Assembly: GCA_035430005.1 (NCBI GenBank)
Contig: DAOMFV010000012.1
Coordinates: 591-64,590, forward strand
Direction: 5' to 3'
Length of the DNA stretch: 64,000 bases
Source of the DNA: Gemmatales bacterium
GTDB lineage: Bacteria > Planctomycetota > Planctomycetia > Gemmatales > HRBIN36
A program made the position numbers and the translations under genes. This document shows, one piece after another, positions 36,977 through 47,029 of the stretch (positions are counted from its first letter, which is position 1; every line of letters starts with the position of its first letter). A model generated the notes under the pieces. That model saw only the letters and a list, made by a program, of their open reading frames with translations, searched no databases and had not been told where the DNA came from.

Positions 36977-38422
36977 TTACCGTGGGCTGGAGACTGTACT
37001 CAGCTTAGCAGAAGGGAGTCGAATCTGAAAGCACGCTCCGCCCGCTTCTCGATTGCTTCCCTGCAGCGTGCCCCCGTGTTCGTTGATAATTCTCTGAGAA
37101 ACGACCAGCCCCAGGCCTATGCCGGTCTCCTTGCTCGTGACGAAGGGCTGAAACAACTTCACCTGAATATCAGGGGGGATTCCCTTGCCGGTATCTTCCA
37201 CCTTGCATTCCACCGCATCGGTGGTGGGGCTGCTTATCGTCAAAGTGAGCGTCCCACCCGTCGGCATGGCATCAATGGAGTTCAGGAAAAGGTTGACAAA
37301 GACCTGTCGTAATTGCAGTCCATCCACCGAGAGAGTAATCGGGTCGGCGGGAAACCGGGTTACCACCTGGACCTGCTGCTGATCTGCCTTGCCTCGGATC
37401 AATTGCAGGCCTTCCGTGGCGACATCTGCCAGGTTAACCATGCTTCGTTCCAGCCTGGGAGGGCGAGCATAGTCGAGGAAGGTTTGGATTGATTGCTCGA
37501 TACGCCTGATCTCCGATTCCATCAACTGAAGGTCATCTTTCGAGAGGCCGGCATTGGTGGAGTCATGCTGGGCGCACTGCACCAGCAGCTTGACGGAGGT
37601 CAGTGGATTGCGAATCTCATGGGCGATGCCCGAGGCTAGTTGGCCCACGGAAGCAAGCTGTTCAGCGCGACGAACCTCGCGCTCGCGCTGCTGAAGTTTC
37701 TCGACGACATTTTCGACCTGTACCACCAGGCTTTGAGAGAGTTCCTGCAGCCCCTGGGGAGATTCGACAACTTCAGCGACCGGACTTTCCTGGTTGAGTT
37801 TATCGGAAGCCCCCTGCACCCGGATGAGCAACTGATCGAGGTTGAACCGCAGGCTGCGAGCCAGACCGTAGCCGAACACCAGGCCGGCGAGGGAACCCAT
37901 GCCACCAACTATGGCCAGCCCCCAGGCCATGTGCCTGAGCGTGGTGCGGTGCTTGGCTTCGGAGTCGCGCAATTGATCGCCATTGAAATTACGCAGCGCC
38001 TGGACGGAGGGGATCATCTTATTCTGCAGGATGGCAATGGCTTCGATCTGCTTTCGGGCTATTGCCTCCTTACTAGTCCAGATTACACGATATTGATTCA
38101 AATCGGTTCGAAGCTTGCCGGCGATGACCTGCTCTTCGGGCTTGTCAGCAAACTCTTCGATCTCTTTTTGAAAGAGCTGTACCTTTTCCCAAAGAGCCTC
38201 GACTTGCTCGGCGCCACGCTGATGCAATGCCAGCAAATCGTTGAGGGTGACTTCAAGATTGAGGGCAGCTCCTCGGCTGCCGATGTTCTCGCCGAGGATT
38301 TCCGCGCTGATCGATTGCTGCGAGTAAAGATATGCCGCCAGTGAGAAACAGAACACCAGCATGACGAGGCTGGTGCCCACAGCGAAGAAAAACAAGCGGG
38401 TGGGATAGTAGCGAAGGGACAT
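36977..38422 (-). CDS. sensor histidine kinase (2 TM, HAMP, HisKA, HATPase_c)
   Basis: H-box HEIRNPLTS, N-box and G-box motifs (DTGKGI, GIGLGL). It lies 5 nt upstream of the response regulator gene. The start is placed at ATG 38422 (MSLRYYP...). Confidence 0.85.
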   Translation of the reverse strand: MSLRYYPTRLFFFAVGTSLVMLVFCFSLAAYLYSQQSISAEILGENIGSRGAALNLEVTLNDLLALHQRGAEQVEALWEKVQLFQKEIEEFADKPEEQVIAGKLRTDLNQYRVIWTSKEAIARKQIEAIAILQNKMIPSVQALRNFNGDQLRDSEAKHRTTLRHMAWGLAIVGGMGSLAGLVFGYGLARSLRFNLDQLLIRVQGASDKLNQESPVAEVVESPQGLQELSQSLVVQVENVVEKLQQREREVRRAEQLASVGQLASGIAHEIRNPLTSVKLLVQCAQHDSTNAGLSKDDLQLMESEIRRIEQSIQTFLDYARPPRLERSMVNLADVATEGLQLIRGKADQQQVQVVTRFPADPITLSVDGLQLRQVFVNLFLNSIDAMPTGGTLTLTISSPTTDAVECKVEDTGKGIPPDIQVKLFQPFVTSKETGIGLGLVVSQRIINEHGGTLQGSNREAGGACFQIRLPSAKLSTVSSPR

Positions 38423-38621
38423 GGGGAGTTCCACTGGCTCAGTAGTTAAGTTACAGCTTCGGAGTTCGATGGTGGGAGGTTTTTTCGCGTTGGATCGTCT
38501 TCTATGGCATGATGTACGGCTTCCCACGACATAACTTCCCCTTGCCCCATTTTCCCCATTGCTTTAAGCTACGCCGACGAACTTATCCGGTTTCATCTCT
38601 CCAGGGCGAAAGGATGTGCCC

Positions 38622-39656
38622 ATGGCTGCGATACTACCACTGCTGCGCATCAGTCAGATAGCGGAACTAGTCGGGGGCACGCTGGTCGGGAACGCTGATC
38701 TGGCAATCACCGGAGCGAGAGCGATCCTGGAAGCGGGTGAGCACGACATTTCGTTTGTGGCTGATGATCGGCAGCAGAAGAACCTAAGCCTCACAAAAGC
38801 GGCGGCTCTGATCGCCAAACCCGGCATCCGACACAATGATTTGACTGTCATCGAAGTCGCTGACCCCTTCACGGCGTTTCTCAAGATCTACGAGCACTTC
38901 CATCCGGCGATTCAGGCTTATGATGCCCAGATTGATCCTCGTGCCGCAGTTGATCCGTCAGCGGTGATTGGCCAGGGCTGCTACATCGGGCCGTTCGCCG
39001 TGGTCGGGGCCGGCTCGGTCATCGGCGACCATTGCCTGATTCATGCCGGGGTGTCGATTGGCAGGAACTGCAAGGTGGGCAGCCATAGTCAACTCTATCC
39101 TCATGCAGTGGTGTACGACGGCTGCTCGCTCGGCCAGCGGGTAATCCTGCATGCTAACTCTGTCATCGGTGCCGATGGTTTTGGCTATCGACTCGATAAG
39201 GGCAAACACGTCAAGATTCCGCAGATGGCTGGGGTCGATATCGCTGATGATGTCGAAGTCGGGGCAGGCACGATGATTGATCGGGGCACCTTTGAACCTA
39301 CCACTGTTGGTGCAGGCACCAAGATCGACAACATGGTGCAGATCGGCCACAACTGCAAGATCGGCAAGCACAACTTGCTTGTCAGTCAGGTCGGCATCGG
39401 TGGTTCCAGTTGCACAGGCGATTACGTGGTGATGGCTGGCCAGGTCGGCATCGCTGATCACGTTCATATTGGCGATCAAGCGGTGATCGGCGCGAAGGCC
39501 GGCGTACCCAGTGATATCGCAGCCAAGGCTCGTGTGCTGGGTGCCCCTGCTCGGCCTGAGCGTGATGCCAAGGTGATCCTGCTCAGCCTCGATAAGCTGC
39601 CTGAGATTCGGCAGGATGTTCGAAAGATCAAGCAGCATTTGGGGATGACGGGGTGA
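38622..39656 (+). CDS. lpxD: UDP-3-O-acylglucosamine N-acyltransferase
   Basis: N-terminal LpxD domain (ISQIAELVGGTLVGNADLAITG) followed by left-handed beta-helix hexapeptide repeats. ATG 38622 lies 8 nt after AAGGA. Confidence 0.9.
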   Translation: MAAILPLLRISQIAELVGGTLVGNADLAITGARAILEAGEHDISFVADDRQQKNLSLTKAAALIAKPGIRHNDLTVIEVADPFTAFLKIYEHFHPAIQAYDAQIDPRAAVDPSAVIGQGCYIGPFAVVGAGSVIGDHCLIHAGVSIGRNCKVGSHSQLYPHAVVYDGCSLGQRVILHANSVIGADGFGYRLDKGKHVKIPQMAGVDIADDVEVGAGTMIDRGTFEPTTVGAGTKIDNMVQIGHNCKIGKHNLLVSQVGIGGSSCTGDYVVMAGQVGIADHVHIGDQAVIGAKAGVPSDIAAKARVLGAPARPERDAKVILLSLDKLPEIRQDVRKIKQHLGMTG

Positions 39657-39689
39657 GTCTTATGGAGAATGGTTAGCATGAGTACACGC

Positions 39690-39841
39690 AGAGGCCGTCC
39701 GGTAATTCGAAAGACGAGGAACATGATTCCAGGCCTTATTAAGATGGGTAAATCAGAGAGGACAGCAAATGACTTTGTCCCCTCTAACTACACATACAAA
39801 ATGGCCCTGAAAATAGCCTCTTGAATTACCGGACGGCCTCT
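39690..39841. repeat. 19-bp perfect inverted repeat flanking a 114-bp core (MITE-like module)
   Basis: AGAGGCCGTCCGGTAATTC (39690-39708) and GAATTACCGGACGGCCTCT (39823-39841). Confidence 0.85.
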
Positions 39842-39953
39842 ACACGCAAACCATGGCACACAGAGCTCAGCGTTGTGAGCTAACCGCCGCTCCCCCTCAC
39901 CCCCAGCCCCTCTCCCTCCGGGTGAGAGGGAAGCCAGACGAAGACCAACAACT

Positions 39954-40823
39954 ATGCACATCAACCAACCACCACTGGGCCTGCTTGCCGGCTGGGGACG
40001 CTTTCCTCTGGTAGTCACCCAGAAAGCGCAGTCGATGGGCACTCGTGTTTTCTGCGTCGGCATTACCCACGAAGCTGACCCCGAACTCGCTACCCTGGCT
40101 GACGGCTTTGCCTGGGCCGGCGTCGCCAAGCTTGGCCGGATCATCCGTCACTTCAAACAAGCGGGCTGCAAGAAGATCGTTATGAGTGGGAAGATTCACA
40201 AGTATCGCTTCCTCTACGCACCCTGGGGTCTTTTCAGCCTGATCCCCGATGCACGCTGCGTGCGATTCTGGTATCGCCGACAGATGCGTGACAGAAAGGA
40301 CGATACCTTGCTCCTGGCCATGATTGACGAGTTCAAGGAAGATGGGCTCGAATTCGGTTCCGCCCTCGATTTCTATCCGGACCTGCTCGCCCCGGAAGGT
40401 GTGCTCACTCACAGGAAACCAACCTTCCATGAACAGGGGGACATTGCCTTCGGCTGGGAACTGGCCCGAGAAATGGGCCGGCTCGACGTGGGGCAGAGTG
40501 TCTGCGTTAAAGACAAATCGGTGCTGGCCGTCGAGGCGGTGGAAGGCACCGACGCGGCAATCAAACGGGCAGGGGAGCTTTGCCCCGCAGGCGGTTTCAC
40601 CGTCGTAAAAGTTGCCAAGCCTCAGCAGGATATGAGGTTCGATGTGCCGACGATTGGTCTGTTTACGATTGATAACCTGATTCAAGCCGGGGCCAAGACG
40701 CTGGCCATTGAAGCAGGTAAGACGATTATTCTAGATCGTGAAGCGGTGATTGAGATGGCTGATCGATATGGGCTCAGCATCGTCGCCTGGCGGGAGGTGG
40801 AAGCATTACGATTAGCAGGGTAA
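39954..40823 (+). CDS. lpxI: UDP-2,3-diacylglucosamine diphosphatase LpxI (DUF1009)
   Basis: LGLLAGWGRFPLVV..., VMSGKIHK and GTDAAIKRAG match the LpxI/DUF1009 pattern. It lies next to lpxD. Confidence 0.8.
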   Translation: MHINQPPLGLLAGWGRFPLVVTQKAQSMGTRVFCVGITHEADPELATLADGFAWAGVAKLGRIIRHFKQAGCKKIVMSGKIHKYRFLYAPWGLFSLIPDARCVRFWYRRQMRDRKDDTLLLAMIDEFKEDGLEFGSALDFYPDLLAPEGVLTHRKPTFHEQGDIAFGWELAREMGRLDVGQSVCVKDKSVLAVEAVEGTDAAIKRAGELCPAGGFTVVKVAKPQQDMRFDVPTIGLFTIDNLIQAGAKTLAIEAGKTIILDREAVIEMADRYGLSIVAWREVEALRLAG

Positions 40824-40839
40824 GGTGGGAATCAGTGTA

Positions 40840-40935
40840 TTCTCTGCGCCCCTCTATTATTCTGATCTTCTCTGCGTGCTCTGCGGTTTAGTTTTCTTAG
40901 CGCAAAGAGACGCAGAGGAATAGCACAAAGAACGC
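40840..40935. repeat. PAL-D element, copy 2
   Basis: TTCTCTGCGTGCTCTGCG (40868-40885) and CGCAAAGAGACGCAGAGGAA (40901-40920). Compare copy 1 at 8968-9034. Confidence 0.8.
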
Positions 40936-40957
40936 TGAGCAAAAATGTTATCAGTAC

Positions 40958-41524
40958 CTAACTCTTCATCGAACGAACGAAGAAGCTGCCCCCACACGCC
41001 AGAATCACGAAGCCGATGGCGATGACGAAATGCCCGGCATAGGGGAAGGTCACAAACCGGCCGCTCTTGTTGCCAAACCAGAGAAACAACCCGCCGGCCA
41101 TCACAGCGAGACCGACCAGGGGCAGGACGATCCCCAGCAGCATACTGATGACAGGATTATCCTGGCAGAATTTGTGAAACACCGCCGTGCTGATCGCCTC
41201 ATCGGCAGGTTCAGGCTTGGCTCCCTGAGCCGTCAACACCGTTTTGACTTCGTCCTGGGTTTTACCCTGGTTGAGAAGGGCCAGGGCGTCGGCAACGAAG
41301 ATGCGCTGCTGGGCCAGTTCGATGATCTTAGCAGCCTGCGCGGCTTCCAGTTTTTGGCTCATCAGGTTTTGGTGTGTGACTTCCAGGGAAGAGCCTCCTC
41401 GCAGCATCTCTCGGGCTTCCGAAATCAGTTTCTTTTTGAGGCGTTCGTTCTGAAGCCAGACGAAGCCGATGAGGCCAAGCACCAGGATTCCAAAGCCACC
41501 GAGGTAAAGAGGCAGGTATTCCAT
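40958..41524 (-). CDS. membrane protein (1 N-terminal TM + helical linker + C-terminal TM bundle), paralogue of the next gene
   Basis: 188-aa ORF. It shares the N-terminal TM and the motif AAQAAKIIELAQQRIF with the ORF at 41592-41867 (AEHAAKIVLAAQQRFI). Confidence 0.55.
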   Translation of the reverse strand: MEYLPLYLGGFGILVLGLIGFVWLQNERLKKKLISEAREMLRGGSSLEVTHQNLMSQKLEAAQAAKIIELAQQRIFVADALALLNQGKTQDEVKTVLTAQGAKPEPADEAISTAVFHKFCQDNPVISMLLGIVLPLVGLAVMAGGLFLWFGNKSGRFVTFPYAGHFVIAIGFVILACGGSFFVRSMKS

Positions 41525-41591
41525 TGATCTGCTCCAACGTGTGCAGGTACACGCATCCTACCAAAGGAATCTCAAAAGAAGCGGCAGGGTC

Positions 41592-41867
41592 TTAACGAGT
41601 GTGTTGCAGGTTTGTCAGAGTTCCGCCCTGTTCTCGAATGAATCGTTGCTGAGCAGCCAGGACAATTTTGGCTGCGTGCTCCGCCTTGACTCCATGCGCA
41701 ACAAGATGCTCCTCGACTGTCTTTTCATCGGGACAGTAGCGCAACATCCCTTTTGAGTAGACGATCAACTGTCGAGTTAGTCTGGTGTGTAATACCAATG
41801 CCAACGTGTACATGGAAATAGCCACCAGGAATATACTGGTGAAATAAAGCGTCCCATTCTCCATCAA
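41592..41867 (-). CDS. small membrane-anchored protein, paralogue of 40958-41524
   Basis: 91-aa ORF with an N-terminal TM helix and the shared helical motif. Confidence 0.45.
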   Translation of the reverse strand: MMENGTLYFTSIFLVAISMYTLALVLHTRLTRQLIVYSKGMLRYCPDEKTVEEHLVAHGVKAEHAAKIVLAAQQRFIREQGGTLTNLQHTR

Positions 41868-42086
41868 TCTGCTCCGTGTGAAGGTCCTCTACCCGCTCAG
41901 CACGGATTTCAGAAAAAAATGCCTCGCTTTCACGAGATATAGGGTGAAGGCCAGAAAGAGCCTTTCATTTCTGACATCAATCAACGTCGATCTCTTCCTT
42001 TGCGCCAGACCTGAAGATTCATTTGAGAGTTGCGAATGAGTTTGTTAAGCTAAGTCATATTAATGCACCATTGAGGAAATGAAGTA

Positions 42087-45000
42087 ATGCCACAGGACGC
42101 AAATCAACCCAAAGGCTGGCGGGGCGATGGCAACCAGCCTAAACGAACCGCAAAGTATGGTTGGAAGCCGAAATCGGCGGGCATTGAGAAATCTCTTTTA
42201 ATGCGTCGTGGCACGCAGGTGAGTTTGGCGCTGAGTGTGCTCATGTGCATGGCAGTGATGGTATTCTTGTACCTCCTGTGGAGACCCCCTGAGCAAACCA
42301 GCATCATAATTGTTGCCGCCAGGCCTTCTGCAGATGCCACCGATTTGCGGGCTCCGCTGGACTTCCATGGTTGGGAGGGTTGTCAGAAATTGATGCGCTA
42401 TGTGAAAGACGCTAAGGATATCAAAGCTGCAGAAATTCTGCCCAAAGACAAAGACCACTTATCCTTATCAGATCAGAACAGCCTTCTTGAACTAGTCACC
42501 CTGGTGCAGAACAGCAAAACCAGCAGAGTGATTGTCTATTTCGGCCTCTTTGGTTTCGCTGGAGAACATGGCCCCTGTTTATTTGGCTCACATGGCGAGA
42601 TCATCCAGGTGAGCAAAATCATTGAGGAATTGGGAAAAGTTGCCGGGAAAGGTAAGGATATCGTCCTCCTTTTCGATGCTGCCCGCTTGCCAGTCGCCCC
42701 GGAACTCGGAGTTTTGCGCAACGACTTTGTGAGTTCACTTAAGGAGAATTTGGGTGAAAAGATCAAAAATACGAACCATCTTGCGGTGATCTGTAGCAGC
42801 AGCCCTGAAGAGCGTGCCTGGAACAGCGATGAATGGGGTTGTTCTGTTTTCCTTCAGCAGGTGATTGAAGCGTTACGTGGAAAGGCCAAAGGCAAGAGTG
42901 ACGATATTACGCTGATTCAATTCTTTAAGACGGTCGAGGAGGAAACCAAACGTTGGACCCAACTGCGCTTTGTGAGCCCGCAAATCCCGACTCTATTCTG
43001 TTCTGATGAAATGAAATCTGAAAAGAGTCCCGTCATTGTCACCCAGCAAAATAAGCATGAACCACTGAAAGACACCGAAGCCTCTAACGCACCCGGGTAC
43101 GACTGGGTAGTCAATGCTGACACGCATTTGGAAAAGCTCAAGAAACATTACATTGACACCTCCAATCTGGCCAAAGCCAGGCCGCACCCGGCTGTCTATA
43201 CTCCGGTTTCCTGGCGGCGGTATCGTGAGTTGCTGGTCAGACTGGAGCAAGCTGTTCGTATGAATGGCATCATGGCATCAGACACAGCAAGAAAACTGGA
43301 CGATGAATTAATCACATTGGAACAGTTCATCAGCAAATCGCAAGCTCTAGGCTTTGAAAAAGTTAGGGATACCAACACCATCTGGCCCATCATACTGGCT
43401 GGCAAAGCAGAGGAAGTTGAAACAGCAGACGTGTTCGCAGGGAATACGGCAAATTTGGCTCAGGAAACGTTCCACAAACCCTTCAACAGCGCTGATCCAC
43501 CACCTCCAGGCGCCGAACTACACCTGGCGTACAAGCTGGCGCAGTTCTGGGATAAAGGTTCTAAGCCATTACCAGATACCTTGAAACTCGCCATCGAGAC
43601 CCGCCAACTGGCGGAACGGGCCGCTCTCGGCTGCCCTGCGAAACCTATGGAGTATTTCTACACCGAACGGCTTTGGGAATGGATACAACCTGAACTCGAG
43701 AAACTGGATGCCAGGCGGCGCATCGCTGAAGACTATCTCTTCAGTGATGAACATCAAAAAGCTGTCGAGGACTTGAATGCGTTGAAACTGGAATATCAGA
43801 CTCTGATCAACAAATGTCTGCCGCTGCAAAAAGCCTGGGATGTGTATCATTATGCCGTCTCTGAAGCCTCCTTCCTCACGAAGTGGCATGTCTTTTGCGC
43901 GGAAGAATTGCAAGACAAAGACAAAGCAACGCGTCTCCAGGAGCTTTGGCGGGAGGTTCATCTATTGGAAGAAAACTTGCGGACAATCAAATTGGAAGAA
44001 TACTTCCGGACAGTCAATCGGGATTCTACTGCCAAAGAGATGGAGGAGATGGTGAAAAGATGCCGGGAGATCAATCTGTTGATGAAAACAGAGATGAAGG
44101 ACTTCCTTATTGCGGCCAACGATAAAATCGAAAAGGCGGCTGGTTCGCAAATTCCCCGGCATCAACTTGAGCTGCTGCTGTCGTTCCCCTGGCCGATTCC
44201 GAGAGAGAGCGATGCTGACAATAGACCGGTTGCAGATCGAGTGCTCGCCATCAACAAAGCTCGCGGAGCTAGCAGAGATTTGCACAAGACCGAAGGCCCA
44301 AGCAATATTACCCCCGATCCGAAAGTCTTGGACAAGATCGTTCAGTATCGAGGCGAATTGATTAAATCGATGATGCAGAAGGTCAATCCACGTTCCGATT
44401 CATTCCCCTTCGATGGTGGCCAAAAACAAGCGAAGGAGTTGGGCAAAGAGATAGAAGCATTTTGGAGGATGTTGGCTGTTGAAGGAGCCAAAGAACAAAA
44501 GCTTGATCTTGCAGATGTCAATTCTCGATATGCCTTGGCATTTACTGCAGGAACACCTGTCGAAGTCGCCCTGAACCAGCGCGATGCAAGGTATCGAACG
44601 CTCCTGAGAGAGCACGCCAAGCGTATTTGTCGGGATCACTGGTACGATGAGACGACGGCCTATTTCAAAGCAACTGCTGATAAGTACCTGAATAACGAGG
44701 GCGTTTTTTTTATTGATCCAGATAAGGACAATGACCCGGAGCTAAGGGACTTGTTGAAAACGGACCAACTGAAATGGAAACCCTCTACGTTAGAGAGGGC
44801 TTGGACGAGTGAGCCGAGCCGGGAATGGCCAATCGAAGTAGAGAATCCACTCAAGAAGATCGAAGGTCGGATTACGCTCTGGGCTGAAAACGGTACCGAG
44901 ACGGCAATCATGTTGAAAGAGGGGGGGGAGCGACGACTCTCGATGCCGCTGAACGAAGCCAGGCGAACGCTCACTTTGGAAGCCAAGGATGCCAGCGGCG

Positions 45001-47009
45001 TGGAAAAGAGGAAAATCGATCTGGCGTTTGCACCCAAAGCTTATTTCCGGGGGCAGAAGCCCTATGAGAGTATGGGTTTTTCCCTCAATCGCCAGCCTAG
45101 CTTGATTGTGACGGAACATCCCATGAAGGAAGGCGGGACGTTTACGTTGACCAAGGCAAAGGACTTACGTTTGGGATTGGGGCATTTGGCGATTGTGTTG
45201 GATTATTCACATAGTATGAGAGTGAGTGGTGAGGCTACCAAATACAACAAGGACGGCAAGGCTATCGACTGGAATTGGCGGCGAGAGGATAGTCGTATTC
45301 GGCAAGCCATTGATGGATTGGACAAACTGCTGAAAACTTTGTCTGATGATGTAAATGAAATTGATCTAAGTATTCATGTTTTCAGTGAGGAGAACGAAAA
45401 GACGAAAGCAATTCAAGAAAAGATTAGTTTCAAAGAAGGAGATCCGTTACGAAGTGACAAAATCCAGGATTTGACGCAGCAGATAGAAATTACTGAAATG
45501 TTCATTGGCATACTTAAGAAACGAGGTGGCAAGCGAGTATTAGTACCTCATGATAATAAGATGCCAGAACTTACTTTGGATGAATTTGGTATGCAACTAC
45601 AGCGACTAACACCCTATTCAAGTACTCCTCTGCTAAAATCGATGATTGGGGCCGTCAAACCTGTAAGAAATAAGCAGAACGTTACCTTACTTGTTTTGAC
45701 TGATGGTGCCGATACATCGCTTGGAGAACTGGAAAAAACAGACGATGCCAAGATTGATACTCTCAGGAAAAGCTTTGAGAATGAGTTTTTCAATAGCGGA
45801 TTATCAATCAACATTATTCTGTTCACCACTGATAAAGACGAAAAGGCTATTGCACATAGGCAGTTCAAAGAATTCAAGAGCGACACAAGTTCGTGCGTAG
45901 TAAAGGAAGCTATTGATTCGCAAGAGCTTCTGATAGCCTTGAAAGATTCATTCAAGGCAAGAATGGAAGTTTTTGATAAGAGTAATCAAGCCATACATTC
46001 AAAGGAAAAGGATTCTCCACCATATTTTACTGCCCAAAAGATAAACTCAACAATAGGAGAACTGTCTATTTCTCCTCTACTTACAACTGGCACCTATGAC
46101 TCCCAAGTTCGTGTTGATAAGCAGCTGTTATCTTTTTTCCCAGGTGATCACTTATTTATCAAGTTGGAAAATGCGCCTCGAGGAGTGAAGTACAAACGAG
46201 AATTGTTCAAAGACGTGCTACCATTCAGCCAACCCGGACCATCTGAACGCTACATTCCTGGAGAAATCGACGGCAAGAAGACGCTGTGGCATTTGACTGT
46301 GGCGGAGAATCTCGCTCCTGGACACTTGAGGCTAACACTCGAACACGAAAAACATCGAGTGGAATCCTCAGAAGGAACTCTACCTGTTCTCAGCATGTAC
46401 CGACCGGAATTCGTCTGGTGGGATGTCAAGGCTGTGGGAACGAGCGGAAAAGAGCAGCCAGCTCAAGGCACGATTCACATCACCAAACTGCCACATTACT
46501 ACGCGCCCGGTTGGGATATCGATCAAATAGGAACCAAGAAGGATGAGAAGCTCAGGTTTCAGGCATGGGTTAGTGAAAATATTATTCAAAAGCAGCACCT
46601 CCATTCTTTTGTTCGTAGTGAATTGAAAAAGAACAACGATTGGCAAAAAATCAACAACCAGCTAATATCTGTTTCGTGCGAAACGCATGATCTCACGAAT
46701 GGTTCTCAACCGATCTCGAAGCAGGTTCCTTGCCTAGTGGTACGTTATCGACTAAGCAGTTCTGAACAACGTGTCTGGTTCGAAAAGCCTACTAGTAGCG
46801 TGAATCGATCGGATCACTATTACTTTCCTGATGCTCAGACGATGACAGTATTCTTTTCTCCGTTTAACCCCGAAGGCGATCCCGACGAGAAACTCTCGTT
46901 GGAAATGATCGACCTGGACAACTTCAAGCAACTCAAAAAGCCCGTCGTTGACACCAAAATTGACGTGTTCAAGAACTGGCAAGGTCCTCCGAATCTCGAC
47001 AGCAAGTAA
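42087..47009 (+). CDS. giant single-pass membrane protein: basic N-tail, TM, caspase-like (C14-fold) module lacking the catalytic Cys, long helical region, vWA/MIDAS domain, beta-rich C-terminus
   Basis: 1640-aa uninterrupted ORF with a GAGGAA Shine-Dalgarno sequence 8 nt upstream. The TM is at about aa 45-65. The caspase-like strands are VIVYFG..AGEHG, IVLLFDAAR and LAVICSSSPEERAWNSD..CSVFLQQVIEALRG. The vWA motifs are VLDYSHSM (DxSxS), SSTPL and LLVLTDGADT. Confidence 0.85.
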   Translation: MPQDANQPKGWRGDGNQPKRTAKYGWKPKSAGIEKSLLMRRGTQVSLALSVLMCMAVMVFLYLLWRPPEQTSIIIVAARPSADATDLRAPLDFHGWEGCQKLMRYVKDAKDIKAAEILPKDKDHLSLSDQNSLLELVTLVQNSKTSRVIVYFGLFGFAGEHGPCLFGSHGEIIQVSKIIEELGKVAGKGKDIVLLFDAARLPVAPELGVLRNDFVSSLKENLGEKIKNTNHLAVICSSSPEERAWNSDEWGCSVFLQQVIEALRGKAKGKSDDITLIQFFKTVEEETKRWTQLRFVSPQIPTLFCSDEMKSEKSPVIVTQQNKHEPLKDTEASNAPGYDWVVNADTHLEKLKKHYIDTSNLAKARPHPAVYTPVSWRRYRELLVRLEQAVRMNGIMASDTARKLDDELITLEQFISKSQALGFEKVRDTNTIWPIILAGKAEEVETADVFAGNTANLAQETFHKPFNSADPPPPGAELHLAYKLAQFWDKGSKPLPDTLKLAIETRQLAERAALGCPAKPMEYFYTERLWEWIQPELEKLDARRRIAEDYLFSDEHQKAVEDLNALKLEYQTLINKCLPLQKAWDVYHYAVSEASFLTKWHVFCAEELQDKDKATRLQELWREVHLLEENLRTIKLEEYFRTVNRDSTAKEMEEMVKRCREINLLMKTEMKDFLIAANDKIEKAAGSQIPRHQLELLLSFPWPIPRESDADNRPVADRVLAINKARGASRDLHKTEGPSNITPDPKVLDKIVQYRGELIKSMMQKVNPRSDSFPFDGGQKQAKELGKEIEAFWRMLAVEGAKEQKLDLADVNSRYALAFTAGTPVEVALNQRDARYRTLLREHAKRICRDHWYDETTAYFKATADKYLNNEGVFFIDPDKDNDPELRDLLKTDQLKWKPSTLERAWTSEPSREWPIEVENPLKKIEGRITLWAENGTETAIMLKEGGERRLSMPLNEARRTLTLEAKDASGVEKRKIDLAFAPKAYFRGQKPYESMGFSLNRQPSLIVTEHPMKEGGTFTLTKAKDLRLGLGHLAIVLDYSHSMRVSGEATKYNKDGKAIDWNWRREDSRIRQAIDGLDKLLKTLSDDVNEIDLSIHVFSEENEKTKAIQEKISFKEGDPLRSDKIQDLTQQIEITEMFIGILKKRGGKRVLVPHDNKMPELTLDEFGMQLQRLTPYSSTPLLKSMIGAVKPVRNKQNVTLLVLTDGADTSLGELEKTDDAKIDTLRKSFENEFFNSGLSINIILFTTDKDEKAIAHRQFKEFKSDTSSCVVKEAIDSQELLIALKDSFKARMEVFDKSNQAIHSKEKDSPPYFTAQKINSTIGELSISPLLTTGTYDSQVRVDKQLLSFFPGDHLFIKLENAPRGVKYKRELFKDVLPFSQPGPSERYIPGEIDGKKTLWHLTVAENLAPGHLRLTLEHEKHRVESSEGTLPVLSMYRPEFVWWDVKAVGTSGKEQPAQGTIHITKLPHYYAPGWDIDQIGTKKDEKLRFQAWVSENIIQKQHLHSFVRSELKKNNDWQKINNQLISVSCETHDLTNGSQPISKQVPCLVVRYRLSSSEQRVWFEKPTSSVNRSDHYYFPDAQTMTVFFSPFNPEGDPDEKLSLEMIDLDNFKQLKKPVVDTKIDVFKNWQGPPNLDSK

Positions 47010-47029
47010 TACCCCAGGAACCGCCCAAC

